Shown piece by piece: positions 1 to 9,342 of a stretch of DNA of 64,000 nt (positions are counted from its first letter, which is position 1; the number at the start of each line of letters is the position of its first letter). The notes beneath the pieces are model-generated. The model was given only the letters and a program-made list of their open reading frames with translations. It had not been told where the DNA came from and searched no databases. Origin of the DNA: an uncultured virus (IMG/VR IMGVR_UViG_3300033120_000711) (lineage: Duplodnaviria > Heunggongvirae > Uroviricota > Caudoviricetes); IMG/VR virus record IMGVR_UViG_3300033120_000711; one strand, written 5' to 3'. Made by a program: the position numbers and the translations under genes.

Positions 1-78
1 TTGGGATTACAATCTGTCGGTAAAGACGGTCTTAGATCGGAAACCCGTAGAAGCCCCGTCCTGAAGGGCGGGGAGTAG
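1..78 (+). CDS. tnpB: TnpB C-terminal fragment (5' part outside window)
   Basis: Frame 1 reads LGLQSVGKDGLRSETRRSPVLKGGE*, resembling TnpB C-termini that overlap the right-end hairpin. Confidence 0.6.
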   Translation: MGLQSVGKDGLRSETRRSPVLKGGE

Positions 79-82
79 TCAC
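1..82 (+). mobile_element. Right end of IS200/IS605-family (tnpB) element
   Basis: Subterminal hairpin CCCCGTCC-TGAA-GGGCGGGG (54-73) followed by AGTAG-TCAC (TCAC 79-82), the typical IS605/IS1341 right end. Confidence 0.75.
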
Positions 83-126
83 GCCTATCATCTTAGACTA
101 ATCTATTTTAAAGAGGGTGTTATAAA

Positions 127-513
127 GTGAAAAATATAGAGGATTGGTCTCTTTTTGAATCTCAAGAGAAAGAAATTTCTATAATTAATGATGAACTATA
201 TCAACTTCGAAAACAAAAGTATCCCGAGTATGGGGATTCCTACTATCGATACTATAACGAATTTGGTATGAGAGGAATGATTGGAGATCTTTATAGAAAA
301 TTCGATAGATTAAAGATTATGTCAGAGAATTACTCTGAGGAAGATATAGTTTCTAAAGAAAAAGAAATTACTGACCAGTTTTACGATATTATTTCTTATT
401 GTCAGTTACAGTTGTATTGGTTGAGGAACGAGAAGTGGGGCGCGTCCGTAGAAGTATCTCGCGCAAATTGTGTAGATTTAGATGGTCCTATAGTCCACGT
501 AAGAGGAGTTTAA
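127..513 (+). CDS. DUF1599-like / MazG-like helical nucleotide-associated protein
   Basis: Pattern K..YGD...G....L..KFDRL...D...D...Y typical of this phage family. Confidence 0.5.
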   Translation: MKNIEDWSLFESQEKEISIINDELYQLRKQKYPEYGDSYYRYYNEFGMRGMIGDLYRKFDRLKIMSENYSEEDIVSKEKEITDQFYDIISYCQLQLYWLRNEKWGASVEVSRANCVDLDGPIVHVRGV

Positions 514-518
514 AAAAA

Positions 519-1172
519 ATGTCTCCCAACGTTATTTCCCCATCTCAAATTAATACATATCGTAATTGTCCTAGAAATTACTATTTAAAATATGTGCTTT
601 ATCTTAAGTCTCCAATAGAATCTCCTCAACTGGTATTTGGTTCTAAAATACATTCTATGATTTCTAAAAGAAATTTTGTATCTGAGGACCCAAGAGAACA
701 ACAGATGTTAACTCGTGCTCAGAAATTCTTAGAAACTATGCCGCCTGGAGGACTAATTGAGACTTCTTATCAAGATAAATCTAATCCAGCAAAGTTTTTT
801 GGAGATATTCATGGTCAAAGAGCTACTGCGGTATTCGATCAGTTGTGGGAACCGGACGATTGTACGGGTTTAGATTGGAAAACCGGGTCTTTACATACTT
901 CTTATGTAGATCAATATGAAATCCAGGGCTACTTTTTGTCTGAGCTTTATAAACAAAAATATGACGTGCCAATGAAAAGGCTTCCATTTAAGTTTCTTGC
1001 AGATGATAAAACTTATGAAGTTAAGCTTTTGGAAGATGAAAAATCATATAAAAAAGCAGAGCGAGCGGTAAAAAATGTCCTGAAAAATATAGAAAATGAG
1101 AAATTTGATAAAAAATGTGGAGGGCTTTGCTCTTTTTGCGATAATTCAATGTTTTGTCCAATGGACTTGTGA
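519..1172 (+). CDS. Cas4/RecB-like PD-(D/E)XK exonuclease with Fe-S cysteines
   Basis: SPSQINTYRNCPR at N-terminus, G..IH, DWKTG, Q...Y, C-terminal C..C.....C. Likely start ATG 519. Confidence 0.8.
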   Translation: MSPNVISPSQINTYRNCPRNYYLKYVLYLKSPIESPQLVFGSKIHSMISKRNFVSEDPREQQMLTRAQKFLETMPPGGLIETSYQDKSNPAKFFGDIHGQRATAVFDQLWEPDDCTGLDWKTGSLHTSYVDQYEIQGYFLSELYKQKYDVPMKRLPFKFLADDKTYEVKLLEDEKSYKKAERAVKNVLKNIENEKFDKKCGGLCSFCDNSMFCPMDL

Positions 1173-1178
1173 GGGATC

Positions 1179-1466
1179 ATGAAACAAACTACTCTTTTTA
1201 AGGACGATAAAGTTTATTGTCCTCGTTGGTCCGCAGTATTTGGAGAAAAAACTCAATGTTTAAAGGAAAATTGCACCAATTTTATACCTTCTCAAGAGAT
1301 AAATGGTGAATTTTTTGAAGGTTTTTGTCTAAAACATGGTATTTTTGACTGTTTAAGTGCAATAATGGTATCTTTAGGTGTAATTTCTGGTCAAATGGCC
1401 CTACAACCATCAGAAGATGTTGAAAATGACCAAAAAATAGAGGAAGAGGGGCCTCAATATGGGTGA
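1179..1466 (+). CDS. Hypothetical Cys-rich protein
   Basis: ORF with GAGGG RBS; CP...C....C pattern. Confidence 0.5.
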   Translation: MKQTTLFKDDKVYCPRWSAVFGEKTQCLKENCTNFIPSQEINGEFFEGFCLKHGIFDCLSAIMVSLGVISGQMALQPSEDVENDQKIEEEGPQYG

Positions 1467-1472
1467 TAAAAA

Positions 1473-2009
1473 ATGAGAAGAATCGCGGTTGATGTAGATG
1501 GAGTACTTAGTGACGTTGCGGGCCACATTTTACCTATTTTAAATGAAAAATATGGAACAAATTATAAATATGATGATGTAAATTGCTGGGACTTTCTTAT
1601 AAATGGAGTTTCAATTGGAAAATATATGAAAGAATACTTTTTTAACCAGGATTTTCTTCTTACAACTCCTGAAATTGATGGCGCAAAGGAAGCAATTGAA
1701 GAAATTTCTAAAGAAAATAGAATAGTGATTGCCACTGGAAGGCCAGAATATACTCGCGGGTATACGCATTTATGGCTAAATGGGCGTTTTGTTTTTGATA
1801 AAGTTGTATTTACCAATAAAAAGACCGTACAATCTACTGGATGCGATATTCTTATTGATGATTATTCTAAATATATAAATGATTTTTCAGATTCAGGGGG
1901 AAAAACTATTCAATTGTTACAGCCTTGGAATAAGGACTATATCTCTGAAAAAGCAGACTATGTAGCTACAAAATGGAATGAAATTCCGGGTTTAATTAAT
2001 TCTATTTAG
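1473..2009 (+). CDS. 5'(3')-deoxyribonucleotidase (HAD, NT5C-like)
   Basis: DVDGVL motif I, ATGR motif II, K...D.LIDD motif III/IV, PWN. Confidence 0.85.
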   Translation: MRRIAVDVDGVLSDVAGHILPILNEKYGTNYKYDDVNCWDFLINGVSIGKYMKEYFFNQDFLLTTPEIDGAKEAIEEISKENRIVIATGRPEYTRGYTHLWLNGRFVFDKVVFTNKKTVQSTGCDILIDDYSKYINDFSDSGGKTIQLLQPWNKDYISEKADYVATKWNEIPGLINSI

Positions 2010-2018
2010 TTTTTATGA

Positions 2019-2034
2019 TAGAAACCCTTAAATA
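2019..2034 (+). promoter_or_regulatory. Archaeal BRE-TATA promoter (similar copies at ~22795-22810 and ~31865-31880)
   Basis: TAGAAA-NNN-TTAAATA about 23-27 nt upstream of ATGs at 2057, 22837 and 31906, consistent with leaderless transcripts. Confidence 0.55.
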
Positions 2035-2056
2035 ATATATAAAATATACTTAAATT

Positions 2057-2524
2057 ATGCCTTTTAAATCGAAAAGTAAGAGAAGAAAATATAATAAAGA
2101 TTGGAGAAAGAGAAATAAGGCAAAGCAAAAAGAATATAGCGCAAAATGGAAGGCAAAACTAAAAGAATGGTATGTTAATTATAAAAAATCTTCTCCGTGT
2201 CCGATTTGTGACGAATCAAGACCTTCTGTTTTAGAAGCACACCATGTTTATCCAGAACATAAGTCTTTTAGTATGCATGAAGGAGTAAAAATCGGAATTT
2301 CTATTCGGAGATTAGAGATAGAAGCTTCAAAATGCGTAATAGTTTGTTGCCGATGTCACAGATTATATCATACGAACTCTTTTAATGATGAAGAATTAAA
2401 AATTTGGAATGAGTTAATTAGAAAATTTGATGAAAATAGCGGTACACATTTCTTTGGACAACCTAAAATTAAAGAAAAACTTAAAAGAAAGGGAAATTTA
2501 CATGTTAAATTGTTGGATGAATAA
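2057..2524 (+). CDS. HNH endonuclease
   Basis: Basic N-terminus, CPIC...LEAHH...C..CHR..H. Confidence 0.75.
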   Translation: MPFKSKSKRRKYNKDWRKRNKAKQKEYSAKWKAKLKEWYVNYKKSSPCPICDESRPSVLEAHHVYPEHKSFSMHEGVKIGISIRRLEIEASKCVIVCCRCHRLYHTNSFNDEELKIWNELIRKFDENSGTHFFGQPKIKEKLKRKGNLHVKLLDE

Positions 2525-2679
2525 GTATTTATGTTGTAATAGGTATAAATTATTGAATATGAAGATCCCTTGGATTAATTTTGAAGGATGGTCTACTGCT
2601 GGATTTAAAATATTTTCTTGGAATAGGTTTTATTTATTTGGATATCTGTGGACTCCACTAATATTAGGAAGGAAAAGGT

Positions 2680-3132
2680 ATGGTTAAACCGATAAACACC
2701 TTGAGTGTAACTAAAAAAGATGGTTATGAGATTCGAAAAGAAGAATATTCAAACGAGGATTTCGGAGGAAAAGGTACGTTGATTATGGAAATGGCGTATA
2801 CTCCTTCTGGAGATTTTATTGGAAATCCTAAAGATGCAAAATTTTTGGTTGAAAAATTAGGAATTTCTCCAGAAAAAGCGGACCCATCTCATTCTATCTG
2901 CTCTATTGGTTGGGCCGAATTAAGTCAAAAATTTTTTGGCTGGTCACACAGAGCAATTCATGGATTTAAAATTGGAGATGTTGTAAAAGAGGGAGATTTA
3001 ACTGCCATTCCAAAAGGAGTTTCCCTTGATGATAGTCCAGATGTTAGATATGGATTACCAGTTGGATTTGTTGCAAAGACCAAAGAAGATTGTAGAAGAA
3101 TGGCAATAGCGTTTGCAAGATCCGTGTCGTAA
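2680..3132 (+). CDS. Hypothetical phage protein
   Basis: Clean ORF with CSIGW...FGWSHRA motif; function unknown. Confidence 0.55.
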   Translation: MVKPINTLSVTKKDGYEIRKEEYSNEDFGGKGTLIMEMAYTPSGDFIGNPKDAKFLVEKLGISPEKADPSHSICSIGWAELSQKFFGWSHRAIHGFKIGDVVKEGDLTAIPKGVSLDDSPDVRYGLPVGFVAKTKEDCRRMAIAFARSVS

Positions 3133-3141
3133 ATAATTATA

Positions 3142-3162
3142 TTTAATTCATTTTTTTAAAAT
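3142..3162 (+). promoter_or_regulatory. Conserved 21-bp late-gene motif, copy 1
   Basis: TTTAATTCATTTTTTTAAAAT; ATG 3196 lies 34 nt from motif end. Confidence 0.75.
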
Positions 3163-3195
3163 AACACTTATTAACTTTTGGGTCACATTCTTTTA

Positions 3196-4785
3196 ATGCA
3201 TTTCGCTGGAAGCTTTCCAAAAGAAAATATTACTTACGAAAATAGTGTATCTGCTGATGCCCTTAAAGTTGTTGTTCTAGCCGTGGTTCCCGATACAGAG
3301 CTTCCTTTGAGAGATAGTGAAGGTAATGTGATTGCCACGGTTAGAGCGACTGAAGATCTTATTCGTGGTGCAGTTTCTACTTTTAAGGGTGGAATATTTA
3401 ATGTGGACCATATGGGTATTCCAGAAACTATGATAGGTGTTTTTGACTCTGCAATTTATGATGAAGGATTTAAGGTTTCTGGATCTATATTATGTCCACA
3501 ATGGAAAGAAAAAATTCAATCTGGTAATTTTTCCGGTGTGTCAATTGAGGGCGATATCTTCGGTGAAATATCAAATCCAGATTCAATAGAGATAAAAGCG
3601 ATTTCATTTCTTTCGCACGAAAGAAATCCTGCTGGCGGAGCTTGCCCACTCAAAGATTTGGAAGGAAAGTCTGTTTGTAACGTGGAAATTATTGAAGACG
3701 ATGGATCTATTGAGGCCGCTTGGGATGGCAGCGCCGCCGAAAAACAGATTTGGGGCTACGCTACAGATGAAAGCGGGACCGTTATACCATCTAAAGCAAA
3801 GAAATGCTTTTTAAAAGTTGAGGGAGACCCCACTAAAAAAGGGTCATATTCTTATCCATATGTTACAATTGTTAGTGGAAAGCCCGTTCCAAATCGCGAA
3901 GGTCTTGTTGCTGCGTTAAAATTTGCTTCTGGAGCAATGGGAGCAACAAAAGACCAGACTTTAATTCGCAAGATTAAAACGATTATGAGCAGGAATGGGA
4001 TGGATCTACCGCCATCTCTTCAAGCCCGTTTAGAACAAAAATCTACGATTGAAAATGGGCAACATGTTATAGTTGCTTCTGTTTTAGATCCAGCTACGGA
4101 TGAAATTCTTGATTCTCAAAAAATTATTGTTATTAATGATTCTACTATTCAAGGTGAACAAATGACTGAAATTAATGAACCCGGTACTCCTCCCGATAAA
4201 GTATTGGATTGGAGTTTAGTGTCTAAAGAACTCGGTATTAGTTCTAAAGATGAGTTTATGACGATAAAAGCTTCTGCTGATAAAGTTCCTTCTCTTGAGA
4301 AGCAGATTGGAGAAATTATCGAGGAAAATAAAACTCTTAAGGCAGCAAATGCTTCTCCTGAGAAGGTTTTAGATTGGGATCTGGTGTCGCAGGAGATTGG
4401 GATTAAATCTAAGGATGAATTTACTTCTATTAAGGATATAGCGGATAAGGTTCCATCTTTAGAACAAAAGATTGGCGATATTCTTAAGGAAACCGAGTCT
4501 TTGAAGTCTTTTAAGGTTGAGACCGAGAAGAAATGGTTAGCAGATACATATCCGCCTGCTGTTACTAAGGATATTGCTGCTACTCACGCCGAGTTTGTTA
4601 AAGATCCGGCAGGTTTTGTTCAGAAATACGCAGAAGATGCTGTTAAATTTGCTGCTTCTAAGTCTGTTAAACTTCAAGGCTCCGCTGCTGAGTCGGAGTT
4701 AACCGAGGAAGCTAAGAAAATGAAAGCCCGAATAGAAAAGCGGGACGGATTTCTTAAGTCCACTGGTGGACCAGTTATAAGATGA
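3196..4785 (+). CDS. Prohead protease-scaffold fusion
   Basis: NVDH...G.F...FSGVSIEG...ISF...PA protease-like N-terminus; coiled-coil C-terminus with a duplicated ~54-aa repeat; sits upstream of decoration and capsid genes. Confidence 0.7.
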   Translation: MHFAGSFPKENITYENSVSADALKVVVLAVVPDTELPLRDSEGNVIATVRATEDLIRGAVSTFKGGIFNVDHMGIPETMIGVFDSAIYDEGFKVSGSILCPQWKEKIQSGNFSGVSIEGDIFGEISNPDSIEIKAISFLSHERNPAGGACPLKDLEGKSVCNVEIIEDDGSIEAAWDGSAAEKQIWGYATDESGTVIPSKAKKCFLKVEGDPTKKGSYSYPYVTIVSGKPVPNREGLVAALKFASGAMGATKDQTLIRKIKTIMSRNGMDLPPSLQARLEQKSTIENGQHVIVASVLDPATDEILDSQKIIVINDSTIQGEQMTEINEPGTPPDKVLDWSLVSKELGISSKDEFMTIKASADKVPSLEKQIGEIIEENKTLKAANASPEKVLDWDLVSQEIGIKSKDEFTSIKDIADKVPSLEQKIGDILKETESLKSFKVETEKKWLADTYPPAVTKDIAATHAEFVKDPAGFVQKYAEDAVKFAASKSVKLQGSAAESELTEEAKKMKARIEKRDGFLKSTGGPVIR

Positions 4786-4805
4786 TTTATATAGGTGATT
4801 AATAA

Positions 4806-5450
4806 ATGGCAACTATTTATGATTGTATGGCGCTCAAGACTGTAACTAATCAGTCCCAGACCGCCGTTAACGGACCAATTATTTTAGATTGTTGGTTCGA
4901 GGAAGGAGATATTACGGTTTCTTCTGCAAAGTCGCATTCTCTTGGTGGAGTAATGCTTGATAGACCCCTTTATACTTGGGGATCTCAAGTAACTTATGCA
5001 GATAACCCGCAGGCACCAGATTTTGTTTCTCCTGCTCCGACTAATGCGGAATACACTTATCTGAAGTTACAAGGAAAGCCAATCCTTGTTCTAGCAAGTG
5101 CTATTTCATCTGGAACAACTCCCATCGTGGGAGTTCTTGGAAACGATCTTCTCGGACCAGTATGTATCCCGTCAACTTCCGCCGCTGCGGATTCGGTTGC
5201 TGAGAGGGTAGCTGGGAAGTTCCTTAGACATGGACAGGTAACTCTCTTTGGAATGGCTTATTATCCTGTTGCGGTTGATGCAACCACAGATATCGATGTC
5301 GGTGTTCATCTTGTTTATGACAAGAGTTCTGGATTATTTAAGTATCAGTCTGCCGGAACATCTCCTGTAATTGCTATGCACGCTGCTACAGATGCAAGTG
5401 GCCAGTATGTTGGTGCGTTGTTCTATGGATGTCCCGAGGCTGAAACTTAA
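4806..5450 (+). CDS. Capsid decoration/cement-like protein
   Basis: Between scaffold and MCP; beta-rich, small-residue composition. Confidence 0.5.
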   Translation: MATIYDCMALKTVTNQSQTAVNGPIILDCWFEEGDITVSSAKSHSLGGVMLDRPLYTWGSQVTYADNPQAPDFVSPAPTNAEYTYLKLQGKPILVLASAISSGTTPIVGVLGNDLLGPVCIPSTSAAADSVAERVAGKFLRHGQVTLFGMAYYPVAVDATTDIDVGVHLVYDKSSGLFKYQSAGTSPVIAMHAATDASGQYVGALFYGCPEAET

Positions 5451-5465
5451 GGAGTTTGATTAAAA

Positions 5466-6428
5466 ATGGCAAGCAGACCTAATACCGATCTTTACCAGGA
5501 CCGTGAATATATCAGTGATTTAATTCGCGAATTCATGGTTCCTAACATGCCTATGCTTTTTAAATATCCATTTAAGGAGATAAGTACTCAGGCAATTATC
5601 GCAAAGCGTAAAAATTATACCGCAGATACAGAACCAAAGAAGATTGAGCCTTCTGTTGGCGGAACTCGCGAGACTGCCTGGAACAACGTATCTATCACAT
5701 TGGGTGAAGCGGTTCCTATTAATACCGCCATTAGAAAGGCTGGCACCGCTTTTAAGAAGGCCGACCTTAACAACCCTACATTCCAGTCTGATGTGAGAGA
5801 TGTTTATACTGAAATGGGATGGGTTATTGCTGACCAGATTAATACCGATATCTTTACTCAGCTCATTGCTGGTAATGATGCTTCTACGACTAACATAACC
5901 GCAAAAGCTGGCGGAGCTTGGTCTGGTGCGGCTGATCCTCTTGGGGATATTAGGGCAATTGCTCAGGATATTCGGGCAAATCGCGGGTTTAAACTTGATA
6001 CGGTAGTTGTAAATGCAACTAACTATTTTGAGTTCTTCGATCACGTAGAGACAAACGATCAAGACATGGACTACGCTCGTGAGAAGGTTGCGGACCAGAG
6101 AAAGTTTTACGAGATGATCACTTATATTAAGAATATTGGATGTACTCTCATTGGTGTTGATGAAGGTATTTCTGAATCCAACATTCTTGGTATAGGCACT
6201 TATATGGGATCTCCCTGTTATGAGACCTTTTCTTACCACGATCCAGATTACAATGTCCAGCCTATTGCTGACGGTAGTAATCAGGGTGTTGGATCGGCCA
6301 ATATCCCTCTTAACATAAATACGTTTGATTCTACCGATGGATTCGAGCACAATGTTTATGCTTGGGTAGATTCTATTACTCACGTAGCTAGACCGAAGGG
6401 TATTTTATATAAGACCGGCGTAATCTAA
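5466..6428 (+). CDS. Major capsid protein (HK97 fold)
   Basis: 320 aa, position, W....DPLGDI...DTVVVN...ARPKGIL pattern; followed by a hairpin. Confidence 0.75.
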   Translation: MASRPNTDLYQDREYISDLIREFMVPNMPMLFKYPFKEISTQAIIAKRKNYTADTEPKKIEPSVGGTRETAWNNVSITLGEAVPINTAIRKAGTAFKKADLNNPTFQSDVRDVYTEMGWVIADQINTDIFTQLIAGNDASTTNITAKAGGAWSGAADPLGDIRAIAQDIRANRGFKLDTVVVNATNYFEFFDHVETNDQDMDYAREKVADQRKFYEMITYIKNIGCTLIGVDEGISESNILGIGTYMGSPCYETFSYHDPDYNVQPIADGSNQGVGSANIPLNINTFDSTDGFEHNVYAWVDSITHVARPKGILYKTGVI

Positions 6429-6441
6429 ACGCCGGTCTTTT
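6411..6441 (+). terminator. Hairpin overlapping MCP stop codon
   Basis: AAGACCGGCGT (6411-6421) / ACGCCGGTCTT (6429-6439), followed by Ts. Confidence 0.6.
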
Positions 6442-6455
6442 GGAGGATTTATTTT

Positions 6456-6902
6456 ATGTATGAAAGAAAGAAGAAAGAGGATGTTACAGAGGGCCTTGTT
6501 AATAAAGATGTTATTGGCAAGGGCGAAGTAAATACTGTTAAGAAGGACGTTATCGTTGATAAAGTTGAAGTAAACACTGGAAATTATATTCTTAGACTCG
6601 ACGGACTTGTATCTCAAATTCAAAAGGAGTTAGAAAAGGTTCCCGCTGGAGATATTCCTGTAAAAGTTCTTCATGAAGCAGCCGATATTCGTACTTTTGG
6701 TAAGCAGACCTATTTATTCTTCATGGAAAAATCTAAGAATCCTAGTGAAAAGATTTTACTGATTGATGCTGTTGGGCTTGAGGATTTAAGTAGAAAAGTT
6801 AAAGAAATTTATGGAAAATATAGGCTTATTGATGTTGTATCACAGGCCATAAATAAGAGACCTCAAAGCAAGAAGATTTACCTTGCTATATTTGTTGGAT
6901 AA
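6456..6902 (+). CDS. Hypothetical protein
   Basis: GGAGG RBS; 148-aa ORF. Confidence 0.6.
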   Translation: MYERKKKEDVTEGLVNKDVIGKGEVNTVKKDVIVDKVEVNTGNYILRLDGLVSQIQKELEKVPAGDIPVKVLHEAADIRTFGKQTYLFFMEKSKNPSEKILLIDAVGLEDLSRKVKEIYGKYRLIDVVSQAINKRPQSKKIYLAIFVG

Positions 6903-7097
6903 GGTTATTTTATGAAGGTTTCGAATCGCGATCTCAATTTGGAAAAATATCAAATTAAGAAGGATACACTCATATCGGATGGCAAATTATCGTCCGTTAT
7001 TAAAAAGATATTGCTACATTGAGGTTACATGATCGCGATTCTGTTGGTATTAATGCCGCTAATGGGTGCCCGGATGGTGGGCTAGGATCGATGTTCC

Positions 7098-7271
7098 ATG
7101 ATCCTCTTTTTGCTGCTGATGCTGCTAATGAGTGGAGGGATGGCGGAGCCTGCCACTGTCGCGGATGTGCATGTATCCACTTGCATCTGCCCGCCAGAAA
7201 TAGAAAATAATTCAACTGCTTGTAAAATGTGGTGCGAATCGGGGAATTGTACGTGGCTAACGTCAAAATAG
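7098..7271 (+). CDS. Small secreted Cys-rich peptide (57 aa)
   Basis: Translates MILFLLLMLLMSGGMAEPATVADVHVSTCICPPEIENNSTACKMWCESGNCTWLTSK: signal-peptide-like N-terminus plus 5 Cys; below the ORF-track cutoff. Confidence 0.4.
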   Translation: MILFLLLMLLMSGGMAEPATVADVHVSTCICPPEIENNSTACKMWCESGNCTWLTSK

Positions 7272-7789
7272 TCGGTGCAGGCACATTAGTAGGAACGGGC
7301 GAAATTGTGGGATACGATCGATATTCGCCTTATGTTGCATTATATTCAGGTACTCTCAAGACTATCAACGTGCAAGGATATCCCATCAACAACGGCAATA
7401 TTAAAGTTGCGATTTACTCAAATAATGCCGGAAGTCCGGGAACCGTATTGGCACAGGTGGGCAGCACGCCCATCGTAAAATCACAAGTAACTACGATAAG
7501 CATCGCAGACGTTGAGTTGGCGAAAGACACGACATATTGGTTAGCTCATATAGTTGATACCGATGACAGTGTTGTAGAAAAGGACGGTAGCGGTCCAGCA
7601 TCGAAACGTGGAGGGATAAAAACATATTCGACCTTCACTTTTCAAAACAACCCATCAATTGCATATACATATCCAGCACGAGAGTGGGGGTGTTCTGGAT
7701 GGGGTACTGTGCTAGGCGGCGTCGGCTTCGTTGGCGATGGCCTGGTGGGTGAGCAAGTGTTTTTCGGCCCAGAGAAGTTTTTCGGATGA
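7253..7789 (+). CDS. Virion-associated beta-sandwich protein
   Basis: KVAIYSNNAGSPGTVLA...L....TYWLA motif common in virion accessory proteins; GC-richer than flanks. Confidence 0.55.
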   Translation: MANVKIVGAGTLVGTGEIVGYDRYSPYVALYSGTLKTINVQGYPINNGNIKVAIYSNNAGSPGTVLAQVGSTPIVKSQVTTISIADVELAKDTTYWLAHIVDTDDSVVEKDGSGPASKRGGIKTYSTFTFQNNPSIAYTYPAREWGCSGWGTVLGGVGFVGDGLVGEQVFFGPEKFFG

Positions 7790-7795
7790 GGTATC

Positions 7796-8713
7796 ATGAT
7801 CAATCTAGGAGATTTCCCAAGCCAACAGACCGTCTACCTCATGACGAATGCCCACAAGGGCGACGGCACGCCGATAGACGGGGCGGGCGGGCTGGCGGTA
7901 TCTGTCTATAAGGATGACAATACCACAGAATACGCATCAGGAACCGACATCACTCTCACCGGGCCGTTCGATTCCCGAACCGGATTCATCAGTGTAAAGG
8001 TGGTCACCACCAATGCCTTTTTCGCTGCCGGGCACGACTATTTCATAGTAGTCACTACCGGCACGGTGGATAGTATCTCAGTGGTCTCCTACGTGCTAGC
8101 GGCCTTCAGCATCGAGAACCGGGCAGCACCCACACTGGCAAGCATAGTTGCGGGCATCTGGGGGGCTCTCCTGACTGCAATCTCTACCACAGGAAGCATC
8201 GGAAAGCTCATCAAGGACTATCTGGACGCTGCCATCTCCTCCCGCTCTACCTATGCGGGCGGGGCAGTGGCATCGGTAACGGCTGGCGTCACGGTAGCCA
8301 CCAATAACGACAAGGGCGGATATTCACTATCTACCGCACCGCCAACCGCAGCCGACATCAAGACGGCCATCGAGGGTTCCGAAGTTCTGGCGAAGGTCGC
8401 TGATCTACCGGGTGAGGCTCCCACCGTGGAAGCCATAGACGCTCAGCTCTCGGGCGTGCACGGCTCGGGCGCTTGGGGCGCGAGTGGCGCGGGCTCCTCT
8501 TCTCTTGATGTAACGGTTACATCTTCAGGAGAGCCTGTTGAAGGGATAATGGTTGAAGTTTACACATCTTCCGCAAAAACAGGATTTATTAGAAAAACAA
8601 CAACCAATGGGTCAGGTTTAGCTCATTTTGATATAAATCCCGGAACATATTATGTTTGGGTGCTTCACAGTGATTATACTGGAACCAATCCAACTGAGGT
8701 GACAGTAACATGA
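7796..8713 (+). CDS. Putative minor structural protein with C-terminal Ig/prealbumin-like domain
   Basis: Ala/Gly/Thr-rich; C-terminal TT...G.A.F...PGTYYV motif. Confidence 0.55.
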   Translation: MINLGDFPSQQTVYLMTNAHKGDGTPIDGAGGLAVSVYKDDNTTEYASGTDITLTGPFDSRTGFISVKVVTTNAFFAAGHDYFIVVTTGTVDSISVVSYVLAAFSIENRAAPTLASIVAGIWGALLTAISTTGSIGKLIKDYLDAAISSRSTYAGGAVASVTAGVTVATNNDKGGYSLSTAPPTAADIKTAIEGSEVLAKVADLPGEAPTVEAIDAQLSGVHGSGAWGASGAGSSSLDVTVTSSGEPVEGIMVEVYTSSAKTGFIRKTTTNGSGLAHFDINPGTYYVWVLHSDYTGTNPTEVTVT

Positions 8714-9288
8714 CTTCTGTAACAATTCCAGTAGCTCCAGTTGTTGTATCGTCAATTGATAGTTATATATCTGCATACTGGATGGGTCTTAGAGACTCTT
8801 TAGATGCTATAAATCCATCTTTGTATACTGATTTGGTTTCTAATGCCGCAGCCACTATTGAACTTTTTGATTATTCATTTTTAACTGCTGCACAAATTAA
8901 TCAAGCACAAGCTCTTTTGGTTTGTATAGATGCTGCGGAGTTTTCTAGTGTAGCTGGAAATTCTCAAGATAAATATTATGCCACCTTAAAAATTTATGAT
9001 CGTACAATGAAAAAAGATGTTGGTCTTGATTCTTTTACTGGGTCTTTTTGTAGACTTCTGAAAATAACATTAAAAGAATTTAATAGTAAGGTAGCAACCG
9101 CTAGAAGTTCAATTTATACCAAAACTAGGAGCAATAGTGTGTATATTGCTCCTGATATGGATCAAAGAGGAAGAGTATTTAAAGATTATGATCTTGAAGA
9201 TGTAGTTTCAGATCGTAAATCTTTTCCTCTAGATAATAGATATAATAGAAATTTTACTAGGTCAAATATTGTTCAACAAGGATTTTAA
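8710..9288 (+). CDS. Putative head-tail adaptor
   Basis: Helical ~190 aa ORF downstream of the capsid genes; call based on position only. Confidence 0.35.
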   Translation: MTSVTIPVAPVVVSSIDSYISAYWMGLRDSLDAINPSLYTDLVSNAAATIELFDYSFLTAAQINQAQALLVCIDAAEFSSVAGNSQDKYYATLKIYDRTMKKDVGLDSFTGSFCRLLKITLKEFNSKVATARSSIYTKTRSNSVYIAPDMDQRGRVFKDYDLEDVVSDRKSFPLDNRYNRNFTRSNIVQQGF

Positions 9289-9309
9289 TTTAATTCATTT
9301 TTTTAAATT
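9289..9309 (+). promoter_or_regulatory. Conserved late-gene motif, copy 2
   Basis: TTTAATTCATTTTTTTAAATT; ATG 9343 lies 34 nt from motif end. Confidence 0.7.
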
Positions 9310-9342
9310 TTATATTTAATATTAATGCAACGAACTACTCAT

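Noticed and set aside
5520..6383. 287-aa antisense ORF over the capsid gene, and other shadow ORFs (e.g. 44630-45034, 46239-46589, 51236-51601)
   Set aside because: They lie opposite well-supported genes, have no motifs or RBS, and are explained by codon bias.
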